A program made the translations under genes and the position numbers. From Jatrophihabitans sp. (GTDB taxonomy: Bacteria > Actinomycetota > Actinomycetes > Mycobacteriales > Jatrophihabitantaceae), in NCBI RefSeq assembly GCF_036399055.1, contig NZ_DASWNX010000033.1: a stretch of DNA of 64,000 nt; one strand, 5' to 3'. Positions 29,158 to 39,970 of the stretch are shown in pieces (the stretch's first letter is position 1; the number at the start of each line of letters is the position of its first letter). The notes beneath the pieces were generated by a model that was given only the letters and a program-made list of their open reading frames with translations, did not search any database and was not told where the DNA came from.

Positions 29158-29828
29158 TTCAGCCGCAACCGCAACCAGTAGCCCGAGCAGCATGAAGGAC
29201 AACCGCCCGATTCCGGTCGCTGCTCTCCAGACTTGGCGATGAGCCCGACGGGTCAGTCGTTGCCATAGTCGTCCTGGCTGCCAGCGATTGGGACCAGTGA
29301 CGGGGAAGTTCCCACCCACCGGTGCGAGCATGCCGTGGAGTCGATGCGCCACGGCTTTCCGACCCTTGCAGGAGGGGAAGGTCAGATTGCCATCGTTATC
29401 TGCGGCACGGCGACGAGCGTCGGCGAGCGGAGACAAAAGCCGCCTTGCCGGGCAACTCCAGCGCCAGGAAGGCCTAGAGCGCACGTTCGTCGAAGGTTCG
29501 GTTCGTAAGCGCCCATGGCGTGGTTCAGGACAACCGCGCCTTGTTCCACAGCGCGTCCGCGTCCTATTGCAAGGTCACAAGAGCACCTGCTGCGATCGGC
29601 CACCCGGTAGGACGGAGTTCGCTCACCGGGTCATCTTCCGGCCACATGGGAACCTCGGCCGAACCCAGCGGCTCGTCTCAGCCCGGACGAGGGGCTCCGG
29701 ACCAGTGGCCCAACCCTCCCCCGCGCCACCCCGGCCAACAGAATCAAGTCGATGAACACCACCCTGCACCCCCGTTCGCAGGAGGTCATCTATCCAAGCA
29801 CCAGCGTCGGTCCCGCCGGACAGGGGAA

Positions 29829-30581
29829 CTAGGCCGTCGTTAGTCGCGTTGCGGGCATCTCATCCCAGATCAGGCCCTCGAGCGTGCGCCCACCGGCCTT
29901 CGGTGTACGACCACCCCACTGCTTGAAGAAAAACGGCAATCGCGCTGACTGGCAGGCATCCCGCAAGTTGATGACCCACTCCGGGTCCAGCGGCCGGTGC
30001 CCTGAGCCGCTCTCGCCACCGGCGATAACCCAATGAATCCCCGCCAGATTGATGTCATCGAGTGGCCCAAGAAGCGGCTCGCAGGACAGAAAGCGAACGG
30101 CCGCAGGAACGCCGCGCAGGTCATCGATCCGGTTGAGCACGTCGCTGTTCTCCACACTGACGCCCATCCATACGTTGTCCGGCCAATCCAACTGGTCAGC
30201 GACCTTCCGCAGGCGAGCGGCGCGCTTGGTGAGCACTTGGTAGGTGTGCTGTGGCGTCGCGGCCATGACCTCGAAGACCTGGCGAACGAAGTCGAGCGGA
30301 ACGCGGGCGTGGAACAGGTCGCTCATCGAGTTCACGAAGACCACGCGCGGCTGACCCCAAGAGAAAGGCGCCGAGAGAGCCTGCGGGTGCACGGTCACGT
30401 CGAACCCCGGACCACTGCTGCGTGGATCTCCGTCGTTCTGGTACTTCTCGGCACCCATGGCCTTCAGCCGCTTGGCCAGCGTCAGCGCGTAGCAGTTGTC
30501 GCAACCCACCGATACTCGGTCACAGCCGGTCGTGGGGTTCCAGGTAACTTCGGTCCACTCGATAGCACTCTTGCTCGCCAC
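29829..30581 (-). CDS. DUF5131 / phage Gp37Gp68 protein with Cx6Cx2C radical-SAM-like motif
   Basis: IEWTEVTWNPTTGCDRVSVGCDNCYA, FVNSMSDLFH, LTKRA, SCEPLLG, WVIAGGESG, FFKQWGG. Confidence 0.93.
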   Translation of the reverse strand: MASKSAIEWTEVTWNPTTGCDRVSVGCDNCYALTLAKRLKAMGAEKYQNDGDPRSSGPGFDVTVHPQALSAPFSWGQPRVVFVNSMSDLFHARVPLDFVRQVFEVMAATPQHTYQVLTKRAARLRKVADQLDWPDNVWMGVSVENSDVLNRIDDLRGVPAAVRFLSCEPLLGPLDDINLAGIHWVIAGGESGSGHRPLDPEWVINLRDACQSARLPFFFKQWGGRTPKAGGRTLEGLIWDEMPATRLTTA

Positions 30582-30983
30582 GTCTCCACCCCCTCGATGA
30601 TCTCGGACTCCTGGACGCTACCGGCAGCGCCCACGTCCCTCCGGGACGCCACGAACGTAGGTGGAAGGTCCGACAAAAGTTCACAACCGTGCTGGCTGCC
30701 GCGTGCACTGGTTACCGTGACGGGGGCGCATGGGGGCAGTGATCGATTCGTGCCCTCGCTGTCGAGATGCCCGGCCAGCGTCTCGGCGAAGCGTTCTGCG
30801 ACGGCGAGTTGCCTCGTAGAGCCGTCACCCGCGCGATCCCCGCCTCATGGACGACAGTAGCCCGGTCGAGCAGGTCTTCGCGGTCGCCAAGGGTGTTGAC
30901 AAGATCGTGCCCTTGTTCATGTCCAAGCACCAACCGCCCGGCATCAGGGATCTTCAAGTCATGAAGACCGCAGGGGCTGGCAG

Positions 30984-31059
30984 TGGAGCCGACGAGGAGA
31001 CTTGAACTCCTAACCGCCCGATTACAAGTCGGGTGCGCTACCAATTGCGCCACGCCGGC
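30984..31059 (-). tRNA. tRNA-Thr (anticodon TGT)
   Basis: GCCGGCG acceptor, D arm GCGCAATTGGTAGCGC, anticodon arm CCCGA-CTTGTAA-TCGGG, T arm AGGAG-TTCAAGT-CTCCT, encoded CCA; 76 nt. Confidence 0.97.
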
Positions 31060-31223
31060 CGGCGCGGACGCACCGCCCGCGAGCCTCGACCATCCTAGTC
31101 CGGCAGCGTTGCCTCCGGCCGGTGCGGCCGGGACCTGAGCGCGCTCACCCGCCCCACCCCGGGCGGTGAGCGCCTGGACCGGTTCGGGTACGAATGTCCT
31201 CGACAACCCCCAGGGAGCAGCGA

Positions 31224-31910
31224 ATGAGCCGAGCGCACCGACCCAAGGCCGGTTTCTGGATCAGGCTGTGCGCCGTGATCATCGGCCCACTGACCACGCT
31301 GCTGTTCAAGATCCGCTGGCACCACCTGGACCGGATGCCGGCGCACGGCGGCGTCCTGGTGGCGGTCAACCACATCTCCCAGGCCGACACCGCGACCATG
31401 GCGTGGATGATCTGGCAGTCCGGGCGGATCCCCCGCTTTCTGATCAAGTCGAGCGTGTTCGGCTGGCCGATCCTGGGACCGATCATGACCGGCGGCGGTC
31501 AGATACCGGTCTACCGCTCCGGTAGCCAGGCCGCCGACTCGCTGCGACCCGCCGAGCAGGCGCTGCGCGACGGCGAGTGCGTGGTCATCTATCCCGAGGG
31601 CACCATCACCGCCGACCCCGACTACTGGCCGATGCAGGCCAAGACCGGCGTGGCCCGGCTGGCCCTGGCCTGCCCAGACGTCCCGGTCATTCCGATCGGC
31701 CAGTGGGGAGCGCACCGGACGCTCGGACGGGGCGGACGGTTCCGGCCATTTCCACGGCGCCGGCACGAGGCCATCGTCGGTGAGCCGGTCGAGCTGGGCA
31801 AGTACCGCGACGTCGAGCCGACCGCTGAGGTGCTGCGGGCGGTCACCGACGAGATCATGGCCGCCGTGACAGCACAGGTGGAGCGCCTGCGCGCGGCGCC
31901 CGACAGGTAA
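31224..31910 (+). CDS. Lysophospholipid acyltransferase (PlsC-like)
   Basis: NHISQAD (HxxxxD), YPEGT, KTGVARLA, PVIP. Confidence 0.93.
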   Translation: MSRAHRPKAGFWIRLCAVIIGPLTTLLFKIRWHHLDRMPAHGGVLVAVNHISQADTATMAWMIWQSGRIPRFLIKSSVFGWPILGPIMTGGGQIPVYRSGSQAADSLRPAEQALRDGECVVIYPEGTITADPDYWPMQAKTGVARLALACPDVPVIPIGQWGAHRTLGRGGRFRPFPRRRHEAIVGEPVELGKYRDVEPTAEVLRAVTDEIMAAVTAQVERLRAAPDR

Positions 31911-31950
31911 TTCACTCGCCTGAGGCGCCGATTCCCGCCACGATCAGGCC

Positions 31951-32496
31951 ATGCCTGACCTGCTGCCGCCCAGCGCCGCGCTGGCGCCGTCCTTCCTATC
32001 CGCGATGGCCGACTTCGCCGCCGAGGGCCGGGGCAGCCCGCAGGATGACAGCGCGCTCGGCCGCCACCTGACCCGCTTTGCCGCGCAGTGGCACACCCCG
32101 CAGGGATTCGAGCGGTTTCTGGCCGAGTTGCGCAGGGAGGGCGACACCTCAGCGCCCCCGCCGCCGGACTGGGTGCACACCAGCACCTACTGGTGGGCCG
32201 AGGGAACGCGGTTTCTGGGCAGCATTCGGATCCGGCACGAGCTGACACCGCGAGTGCTCGAATCCGCCGGGCACATCGGTTACGACATCGCGCCCGCGGC
32301 ACGTCGGCGCGGTCATGGCACCGCGATGTTGCGGGCCGCCCTGCCGATCGCGGCCGGCATGGGCATCGAGCAGGCGTTGATCACCTGCGACGTCGACAAC
32401 GTCGGCTCGCGCAAGGTGATCGAGGCCAACGGCGGCGTGCTCGAAGACGAGCGGGACGGCAAGCTGCGGTTCTGGGCGCCTACCCACGTCGGCTGA
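31951..32496 (+). CDS. GNAT-family acetyltransferase
   Basis: GHIGYDIAPAARRRGHG, TCDVDNVGSRKVIEANGG. Confidence 0.9.
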   Translation: MPDLLPPSAALAPSFLSAMADFAAEGRGSPQDDSALGRHLTRFAAQWHTPQGFERFLAELRREGDTSAPPPPDWVHTSTYWWAEGTRFLGSIRIRHELTPRVLESAGHIGYDIAPAARRRGHGTAMLRAALPIAAGMGIEQALITCDVDNVGSRKVIEANGGVLEDERDGKLRFWAPTHVG

Positions 32497-32522
32497 TCAC
32501 GGCACAGGCGCACAACGCCGCA

Positions 32523-32553
32523 CGGGCGGTCACCGGAATCCGGTGACCGCCCG
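32523..32553. terminator. Bidirectional hairpin terminator
   Basis: cgggcggtcaccgg-aat-ccggtgaccgcccg between convergent genes. Confidence 0.8.
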
Positions 32554-32637
32554 CGGGTCTCACAGTGGTCTGACGTGCTGACCGGCTCAGTGCCGGCCTA
32601 CTGGTTCAAGCTTTCGACCAGTCAGGAGCTGGCCGGG

Positions 32638-33396
32638 TCAGTGCGGGTTGGTGGCCAGCGCCTGCAACTGCGTGTACGCGCCGTTGAAGTAGTTCTGGTC
32701 GCCCGGGTAGATGCCGGAGTCCGAGTACTGCCACATGGTCCAGGTGGCGCTGCCTGCCGGCGGGGTGGGCGGGGTCGAGCTGTACCTGGCGATCCAGAAC
32801 GGGTTGGTGGCCGCGAAGGCGCTGGTGTTGCCGGTGCAGGTCGTCCACCAGTCCAGGGTCGTGTAGATCATCGGGTACTTGTTGGTGCGGTAGTGCACCC
32901 GGTCGGAGAAGGCCTTGATCCAGCTGATCATCGAGGCCCGCGACAGTCCGAAGCAGGTGGCGCCGTAGGGGTTGTACTCGATGTCCAGCGCAGGCGGCAG
33001 GGTCCTGCCGTCGCCGGACCAGCCACCGCCGTTGTTGACGAAGTAGTCGGCCTGCGTGGCGCCGCCGGAGTTGTTCGGCAGCGCGAAGTGGTAAGCGCCG
33101 CGGATCATGCCCACGTTGTAAGAGCCGTTGTACTGCTGGGCGAAGTAGGGGTTCTTGTAGCTGGTGCCCTCGGTCGCCTTGACGTAGGCGAACCGAGCGC
33201 CGTTGGCCCACGCGGTCGACCAGGCGACGTTGCCCTGGTGACCGGAGACGTCCATGCCGTTGACGTAGGTCGCCGCGCTCGCCTGCGAGGCGCCGAGGGT
33301 GAGGGCTGCCACCATTCCTGCGCCGACGGTCACGGCGGCCAGAACGGCGCCGAGCTTGGTGCGCGCCCGGGCGGCACGTGGCTGTACTCCGAACAT
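32638..33396 (-). CDS. Secreted GH25 lysozyme (muramidase)
   Basis: Signal peptide; GMDVSGHQG, YVKATEG, RGAYHF, PPALDIE, WQY; AGAAGGAG RBS before ATG 33396. Confidence 0.93.
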   Translation of the reverse strand: MFGVQPRAARARTKLGAVLAAVTVGAGMVAALTLGASQASAATYVNGMDVSGHQGNVAWSTAWANGARFAYVKATEGTSYKNPYFAQQYNGSYNVGMIRGAYHFALPNNSGGATQADYFVNNGGGWSGDGRTLPPALDIEYNPYGATCFGLSRASMISWIKAFSDRVHYRTNKYPMIYTTLDWWTTCTGNTSAFAATNPFWIARYSSTPPTPPAGSATWTMWQYSDSGIYPGDQNYFNGAYTQLQALATNPH

Positions 33397-33721
33397 AGTG
33401 TCTCCTTCTCGAGGGGGAGCGACGGGGATCGCATCGCCAATAAGGACATATAACCGATTCATAGTCAACTCGTAAGAATCACTTGGAATTAACGCAAGTT
33501 CGAGGGTGGTTTCCGGAAGCGTTTGCGACTCGCAGCGCTGGCGTCCTTGACTGCCTGCTCGGCAACTGCGCTAATGAGATGTCCAGACCGCTATGCCGGT
33601 CGGGGTCGCCGCCTTCGATCGGTGGAGGCGGATCCCCGGCGCCGACCGGAATGCCGTGAGGCTCGCGCAGCCGCGAGAGCCCGTACCCGGTGCGGTCACA
33701 CAACACCGAGAGGAAACTGGC

Positions 33722-34837
<1,116 letters not shown>

Positions 34838-34863
34838 GGCCCGCCGCTAGAAGGACAGCAGAG

Positions 34864-34900
34864 GGGGACGTCGGCTCGCCGCCGGCGTCCCCTTCTTCTT
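34864..34900 (+). terminator. Hairpin plus T-tract after msiK
   Basis: ggggacgtcggc...gccggcgtcccc then ttcttctt. Confidence 0.75.
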
Positions 34901-34925
34901 CGGTCTTCTCACAGTCACGACTGGG

Positions 34926-35804
34926 TCAGTCGGCCCGCAGCCACAGCGGGCGGTAGCTGATCGGCACCTTGGTCTTGGTGTCCCTGCAGGTGAGAATCGC
35001 TGGCGCACCGGTCACCCGCTGCACCGCGACCGTGCACGAGCCGCCCGGCACCGCCAGCCGCACCAGTTGCACGTCAGGCGGCGAGCCCTGCACCTGCAGC
35101 AGCCGCACCACGCCCACCGCCGCCAAACCGAGCTCTCGCTGGGCATGCACCACTGCGGCCTGCGCGGCGGGCGGCAGCCCGATCTGGCCACGCAGCCGAT
35201 CAGGCAGCACCTGTCCGGCCTCGGTCGCCGACGCCAGGGCGACCGGGTCTGAGATCCGGCCGTAGAGCTGCCCGGTGGGCAGCACCAGGACGTTGGCAGC
35301 GAACCGGTCGCCTCCGACGTGGCTGCATTCCCACGCCCGGCCAGGGTGTCGCTGGGCGAGCGCGGTGGCGATCGGGCGGCCCTCGATGGCGCAGCACATG
35401 TCCCGGGTGCCGTGCGCGCACACCGCGTACACCGGCCGGGTGTCCTTGGCCTGCTCGGCCAGCGCCACCGGGTCGAGCCCGAGCAGTTCCTCGGCTGCCC
35501 GGTAGGTCCCCCAGACGGCGCCCTGCCGGCCCGGCCGGCAGTCGGCGAACCCCCAGGTGCGCTCGGCCGAAGCTTGATAGCGGCCGGGGCGGCGGATAGC
35601 CAGCACCCGGACCCCCTGCTCGCCCAGCGTGCCGATCAGCGACCGCGCGACCCGCGAGTCGAACCGGGAGCCGGCCAGGCCTTCTACCCCCCACCCGCCG
35701 GGCTGCTCGACGAGCAGGATCCGGTTGGCGGGAAAGGCGGTGCCGAGCATCTCATCACTCCGGGCGGCCGCTGCCAGCACGCACCGGTTCGGCCGGTCAA
35801 GCAC
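34926..35804 (-). CDS. Sucrase/ferredoxin-like (Apd1/Aim32-type thioredoxin-like Fe-S) protein
   Basis: LLVEQPGGWG, VCAHGTRDMCCAIEGRP (Cx8C), WECSHVGGDRFAANVLVLP; overlaps the JmjC gene by 8 nt. Confidence 0.9.
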   Translation of the reverse strand: MLDRPNRCVLAAAARSDEMLGTAFPANRILLVEQPGGWGVEGLAGSRFDSRVARSLIGTLGEQGVRVLAIRRPGRYQASAERTWGFADCRPGRQGAVWGTYRAAEELLGLDPVALAEQAKDTRPVYAVCAHGTRDMCCAIEGRPIATALAQRHPGRAWECSHVGGDRFAANVLVLPTGQLYGRISDPVALASATEAGQVLPDRLRGQIGLPPAAQAAVVHAQRELGLAAVGVVRLLQVQGSPPDVQLVRLAVPGGSCTVAVQRVTGAPAILTCRDTKTKVPISYRPLWLRAD

Positions 35805-37026
35805 CGCGCTCGGGCACCAGGATCGCTGCGGTGAGCAGCCTGCGGACCAGTGACAGGGCGGCCTCGGAGTCCAGGCCGGGCAGCGTGGCCGCGCTCACCG
35901 GCTCGCCGGAGAGCGCCAGCTTGAGCGCGGATTCGGCCGACAGCGGCAGGCTGAGGCTGGTGTCGACGGCCTTGAGCGACAGCGCATCCGGCATCCGCGC
36001 CAGCCGGGGCCGCAGGCCTGGCCGCAGCCGGAAGCAAGCCGACGGCGTCAGGGCGGCCAGCGCGGCGAGCTGTGCCATCGGCTCGATCGGCTCCGGTCGG
36101 GTGGTGTCGGCCAGCTCGTCGGCGAGCCGGCCGGCCACCTGCGGCAACCGGCCGGCCTCGGCGAATGCGACGAACGCCTGCACCGTCTGGCGCAGCTGGT
36201 CAGCCAGCCGCGCCTCGTCGGCCAGGTCGCCGCCCAGCGGCAGCGAGGCGCGCAGGCTCGACTCGCCGGCCGCCTCGGCGAGCAGGTGCTTGAGCAGGTG
36301 GTGCCGCGTCACCGGATGCACGCCGACGGTCAGATGGATCGAGGTCTGGCCCTGCGCCACCGCCGAGTGGATGAACCCGCGGGGCAGGTACAGCGCATCG
36401 CCGGGCTGCAGCATGAGGTCGAGCAGCGGCGCTTCGGCCGAGCGGGCGGCGACCGCTTCCCGGTGCTGCTCCCAGTCCTGACCGGGCAGCGGGTCGGTGA
36501 GCACCGGCCGGTGCGCCACCCAGCGCTTGCGGCCGGCGACCTGAAGCACGAACACGTCGTGAGTGTCGTAGTGCGGGGCGAAGCCCTGGTTCTGCGGCGG
36601 GGTCAGGTAACAGTTGATCTGAACCGGATGCCCCAGCTCGGCGCTCAACCTGCTGCCGAAGCGCACCAGCGGCGGCCAGTTGCGGTGCAGCGCCTGCAAC
36701 ACCAGGGTGGCGCCGTCGGCGATCAGTCCTAGCACCTTGTCGTCGGCCACCTGATCGCTCACGCCGGCGCCGAGGCCCCCCGCCCTGGTGAAGTCCCGGG
36801 CTGGAATCACCTTGCCCTGCTTGGCGAGTCGGATGAAGGGGGTGCGCAGCCCACGCTGGGACAGCAGCTGGTCAATCGCCGCGGTGTCGATCAGATCGGT
36901 GTAGTCCGCGCCGCTCTCGGTGGCCGGGGTGAGCAGCGGCTGCCTCGACCAGTGCTCTGCGGCGAACCGCTCCACCGGAATGGCGATGCAACGCGCCAGG
37001 GCACTCGGCGAAACCGCAGTGGGCAA
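35797..37026 (-). CDS. JmjC/cupin_4 (ROX/YcfD/NO66-like) 2-oxoglutarate Fe(II) oxygenase
   Basis: QINCYLTPPQNQGFAPHYDTHDVFVLQVAGRKRW (HxD) and PGDALYLPRGFIHSA (distal His). The frame is open back to a CTG at 37074 overlapping the peptide stop. Confidence 0.92.
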   Translation of the reverse strand: MPTAVSPSALARCIAIPVERFAAEHWSRQPLLTPATESGADYTDLIDTAAIDQLLSQRGLRTPFIRLAKQGKVIPARDFTRAGGLGAGVSDQVADDKVLGLIADGATLVLQALHRNWPPLVRFGSRLSAELGHPVQINCYLTPPQNQGFAPHYDTHDVFVLQVAGRKRWVAHRPVLTDPLPGQDWEQHREAVAARSAEAPLLDLMLQPGDALYLPRGFIHSAVAQGQTSIHLTVGVHPVTRHHLLKHLLAEAAGESSLRASLPLGGDLADEARLADQLRQTVQAFVAFAEAGRLPQVAGRLADELADTTRPEPIEPMAQLAALAALTPSACFRLRPGLRPRLARMPDALSLKAVDTSLSLPLSAESALKLALSGEPVSAATLPGLDSEAALSLVRRLLTAAILVPERGA

Positions 37027-37070
37027 GGCGGCGCCGACCGAGCCGGCGCCGCCCAGAGGCTGCTCAGTAC

Positions 37071-37355
37071 TCAGGCGCTGCCGTCCGCGCCGCCGTCGGC
37101 ACCGCCGTCACCCGCGCCGCCATCGGCTCCGCCGTCACCCGCGCCGCCAGCGCCACCATCCGCGCCACCGTCCGCGCCGCCGTCACCCGCGCCACCGTCC
37201 GCGCCGCCATCGGCTCCGCCGTCACCCGCGCCGCCAGCGCCACCGTCCGCGCCACCGTCACCCGCGCCACCGTCCGCGCCGCCGTCGGCGCCACCGTCAT
37301 GCACACCGGCCACGCCGTCAGCACCGCCGTCAGCGGTTCCTTCGGTCTCCGTCAT
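37071..37355 (-). CDS. 94-aa Gly/Asp/Ala repeat peptide (DGGA repeats, 18 Asp); putative precursor/substrate of the JmjC enzyme
   Basis: ATG 37355 with AAGGAG RBS; synonymous variation between repeat units; same strand and directly upstream of the JmjC gene. Confidence 0.75.
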   Translation of the reverse strand: MTETEGTADGGADGVAGVHDGGADGGADGGAGDGGADGGAGGAGDGGADGGADGGAGDGGADGGADGGAGGAGDGGADGGAGDGGADGGADGSA

Positions 37356-37508
37356 AGTGCTACTCCTTATCAAGTAGGCAGCTCCGGACAGCCCGGCCGC
37401 CAGGTGGGGCCACCTGCTCGCCCAGCCCTTACGCTAGCGGCGAACCGAGGCCGGCGACAATGCGACCGCCGACGCCAGTGGCGCCTGGTCGGCGGCCGGC
37501 GTCAGAGG

Positions 37509-38474
37509 TCAGCGGCCCTGCCTGCGCCGGCGTGCCACCTCGGCCATCGTGACCGCTGCTGCCACCGAGGCGTTCAACGACTCGGCCTGACCCGTCATCG
37601 GGATCGACACCGTCACGTCGCAGGTCTCACCGACCAACCGGGACAGGCCACGGCCCTCCGAGCCGACCACGATCACCAGCGGCTCGCCCGCGTTCGGCAG
37701 CTCATCGAGGGTGGTGTCGCCGTCGGCGTCCAAGCCGACAACCTGCAGGCCGGCCTTCTGGCAGTCCCGCAACGCCCGCACCAGGTTGGTCACCTGAGCC
37801 ACCGGGATCCGCGCCGCGGTGCCGGCCGACGTGCGCCAGGCGGTCGCGGTGACTCCGGCCGAGCGCCGGGTCGGCACGATCACGCCCTGCGCGCCGAAGG
37901 CGACCGCGGACCGGATGACCGCTCCCAGGTTGCGCGGATCGGTGACCCCGTCCAGAGCCACGAGCAGCGGCGTGGTGGTCGCCGAGGCGACCAGGTCGAG
38001 CAGGTCGGGCAGCTCGTCATAGGCGAATGCCGGCACCTGCAGGGCGATGCCCTGGTGCAGGATGCCGCCGGTCCGCCGGTCGATCTCGGACTTGCTGACT
38101 TCGAGGATGGGCAGGCCGCGGTCGGCGGCGAGGTGGATCGCCTCGGTCACCCGCTCGTCGGCCTCGATGCCGATCGCGACGTAGAGCACGTTGGCCGGAA
38201 TCGCCGCCCGCAGCGCCTCGGCGACCGGGTTGCGCCCGACCAGCAGTTCAGGGGCGTCGGAGTTCTTGCCCGCGGTGCCACGGCGGCGAGGCGCGCCCTC
38301 GGAGCGGCGCTCCACGGCCGCGGCCCGCCGCGCCGCCGGATGCCCCTTGCGTTCGGTGGCCTTGGGGGTCGGGCCCTTGCCCGCCAAGCCCCGGGCCCTG
38401 TTGCCGCCCGAACCTACGGCGGCCCCCTTCTTGCCCTTGCGCACGGCGCCCTTGCGGGCGGAGTTACCTGCCAT
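37509..38474 (-). CDS. rlmB: 23S rRNA Gm2251 methyltransferase (TrmH family)
   Basis: [36 protein letters not shown]; position after cysS. Confidence 0.95.
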   Translation of the reverse strand: MAGNSARKGAVRKGKKGAAVGSGGNRARGLAGKGPTPKATERKGHPAARRAAAVERRSEGAPRRRGTAGKNSDAPELLVGRNPVAEALRAAIPANVLYVAIGIEADERVTEAIHLAADRGLPILEVSKSEIDRRTGGILHQGIALQVPAFAYDELPDLLDLVASATTTPLLVALDGVTDPRNLGAVIRSAVAFGAQGVIVPTRRSAGVTATAWRTSAGTAARIPVAQVTNLVRALRDCQKAGLQVVGLDADGDTTLDELPNAGEPLVIVVGSEGRGLSRLVGETCDVTVSIPMTGQAESLNASVAAAVTMAEVARRRRQGR

Positions 38475-38482
38475 TGCCTGCT

Positions 38483-39913
38483 CTACCGATCTCTGTGTGC
38501 TTCAGGGGAGTGCGTCGTGGGAGCCACCGTCCAGCGGGGGCCCTCGGGGGTGTCTTCGACCAGCACGCCGGCTTCGGCGAGCGCGTCGCGGATCGCGTCG
38601 CTGGCGGCGTAGTCCTTACGGGACCGAGCGTCCTGGCGCTGCTGCAGAGCCAACCTGACCAACCGGTCCACCGTGGACGTCAGCGCCGCCTCGCTGCCGG
38701 CGGCGGCGGTCCTTTGCCAGTCCAACGGATTAAGGTTGAGCACGCTGGTCATTGCCAGCACCAGAGCCAGGGTGGTGCGCACCACGTCCTTGTCGCCCCG
38801 GTTGAGGCCGATGCTGCCGTGTCGCCGGGTGTTGTGGATGATGGCCAGCGCTTGCGGCACACCGAGGTCATCGTCCATCGCCCCGACGAACGACTCCGGC
38901 AGCTCGACGGGCTCGTCCGGTTGGCCCACCAGTTCCACCGCGCGGCGCACGAAATTCTCGATCTTGGCGTAGGCGACCGAGGCCTCCTTGAGCGCCTCGG
39001 GCGAGTACTCGATCGCCGAGCGGTAGTGGGCCGCGCCGAGGTAGTACCGCAGCTCGACCGGACGCCACTGCTCGGCCATCGCGCTGATCCCGACGGTGTT
39101 GCCCAGTGACTTCGACATCTTCTCGCCGGCCATGGTCACCCAGCCGTTGTGCAACCAGTACCGCGCGAAACGCCCACCGGCGGCCACCGACTGCGCCAGC
39201 TCGTTCTCGTGATGGGGAAAGATCAGGTCCAGACCGCCGCCGTGGATGTCGAACTCCGGGCCGAGGTACTTGCCCGCCATCGCCGAGCATTCCAGGTGCC
39301 AGCCCGGCCGTCCGTCTCCCCAGGGGGTGGGCCAACTCGGCTCACCGGGCTTGGCGGCCTTCCACAGCGCGAAATCGCGCGGGTCGCGCTTGCGGCTGTC
39401 ACCGACCGAGTCACCGGCCGGCAACATCTCATCGATGCGCTGGCCGGACAGCTCGCCGTAGCGGGGAAAGGAGCGGACGTCGAAGTACACGTCACCGGCT
39501 ACCGCGTAGGCGTGCCCGGCCTCGATCAGCCGCTGCATCAGGGTGATCATCTCGGGCACGTGGCCAGTGGCCCGCGGCTCCACCGTCGGCGGCAGGCAGC
39601 CCAGTGTCCGGTAGCCGTCTCGGAAGGCCTGCTCGTAGATCGCGGCGTGGGCCCACCACGGCCGGTTGCCCTCGGCGGCTTTGGCGATGATCTTGTCGTC
39701 GATGTCGGTGATGTTGCGGACCATGGTGACGTCATAACCGCGGTGGCTGAGCCACCGTCGCAGGATGTCGAAGTTCAGACCGGATCGCAGGTGGCCGATG
39801 TGCGGGGCGCCTTGAACCGTGGCGCCGCAGTAGTAGATCGACGCGTGCCCGGCGACGAGCGGGACGAAGTCCCGCACGGTTCGGGTGGCGGTGTCATACA
39901 GCCTGAGCGTCAC
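38483..39913 (-). CDS. cysS: Cysteine--tRNA ligase
   Basis: [32 protein letters not shown]. Confidence 0.98.
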   Translation of the reverse strand: MTLRLYDTATRTVRDFVPLVAGHASIYYCGATVQGAPHIGHLRSGLNFDILRRWLSHRGYDVTMVRNITDIDDKIIAKAAEGNRPWWAHAAIYEQAFRDGYRTLGCLPPTVEPRATGHVPEMITLMQRLIEAGHAYAVAGDVYFDVRSFPRYGELSGQRIDEMLPAGDSVGDSRKRDPRDFALWKAAKPGEPSWPTPWGDGRPGWHLECSAMAGKYLGPEFDIHGGGLDLIFPHHENELAQSVAAGGRFARYWLHNGWVTMAGEKMSKSLGNTVGISAMAEQWRPVELRYYLGAAHYRSAIEYSPEALKEASVAYAKIENFVRRAVELVGQPDEPVELPESFVGAMDDDLGVPQALAIIHNTRRHGSIGLNRGDKDVVRTTLALVLAMTSVLNLNPLDWQRTAAAGSEAALTSTVDRLVRLALQQRQDARSRKDYAASDAIRDALAEAGVLVEDTPEGPRWTVAPTTHSPEAHRDR

Positions 39914-39970
39914 CGGGCAATCTTACGGACAACTGGCCGCGCTGATTACCAGCAGTTCGCCGGGCGGCGC

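Larger units (their letters stand above)
27613..31032. mobile_element. Degenerate tRNA-Thr-integrated island (about 3.3 kb) carrying tcmP and DUF5131
   Basis: Flanking direct repeats derived from the tRNA 3' end; cargo with more A/T-ending codons; no intact integrase. Confidence 0.85.

Noticed and set aside
29160-29828. Several overlapping ORFs between tcmP and DUF5131
   Set aside because: There are no recognisable motifs, and codon bias is weak in all frames. It is probably degraded island sequence.
30845-30983. Minus-strand HDL...LGHE as a possible integrase catalytic remnant
   Set aside because: The spacing is far too short for the H-x-x-R...H motif and the Arg is missing. Codon bias favours the other strand, so it is left as unassigned decayed DNA.
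33400-33720. Possible c-di-AMP (ydaO) riboswitch upstream of the GH25 lysozyme
   Set aside because: The conserved ydaO sequence blocks are not visible on the minus strand. The region looks like an ordinary A/T-richer divergent promoter.
36952-37377. Plus-strand Pro/Ser/Ala-rich ORF (PPSAPPS...) over the repeat region
   Set aside because: It is the antisense shadow of the DGGA peptide. The minus-strand frame has the RBS, ATG and operon orientation.
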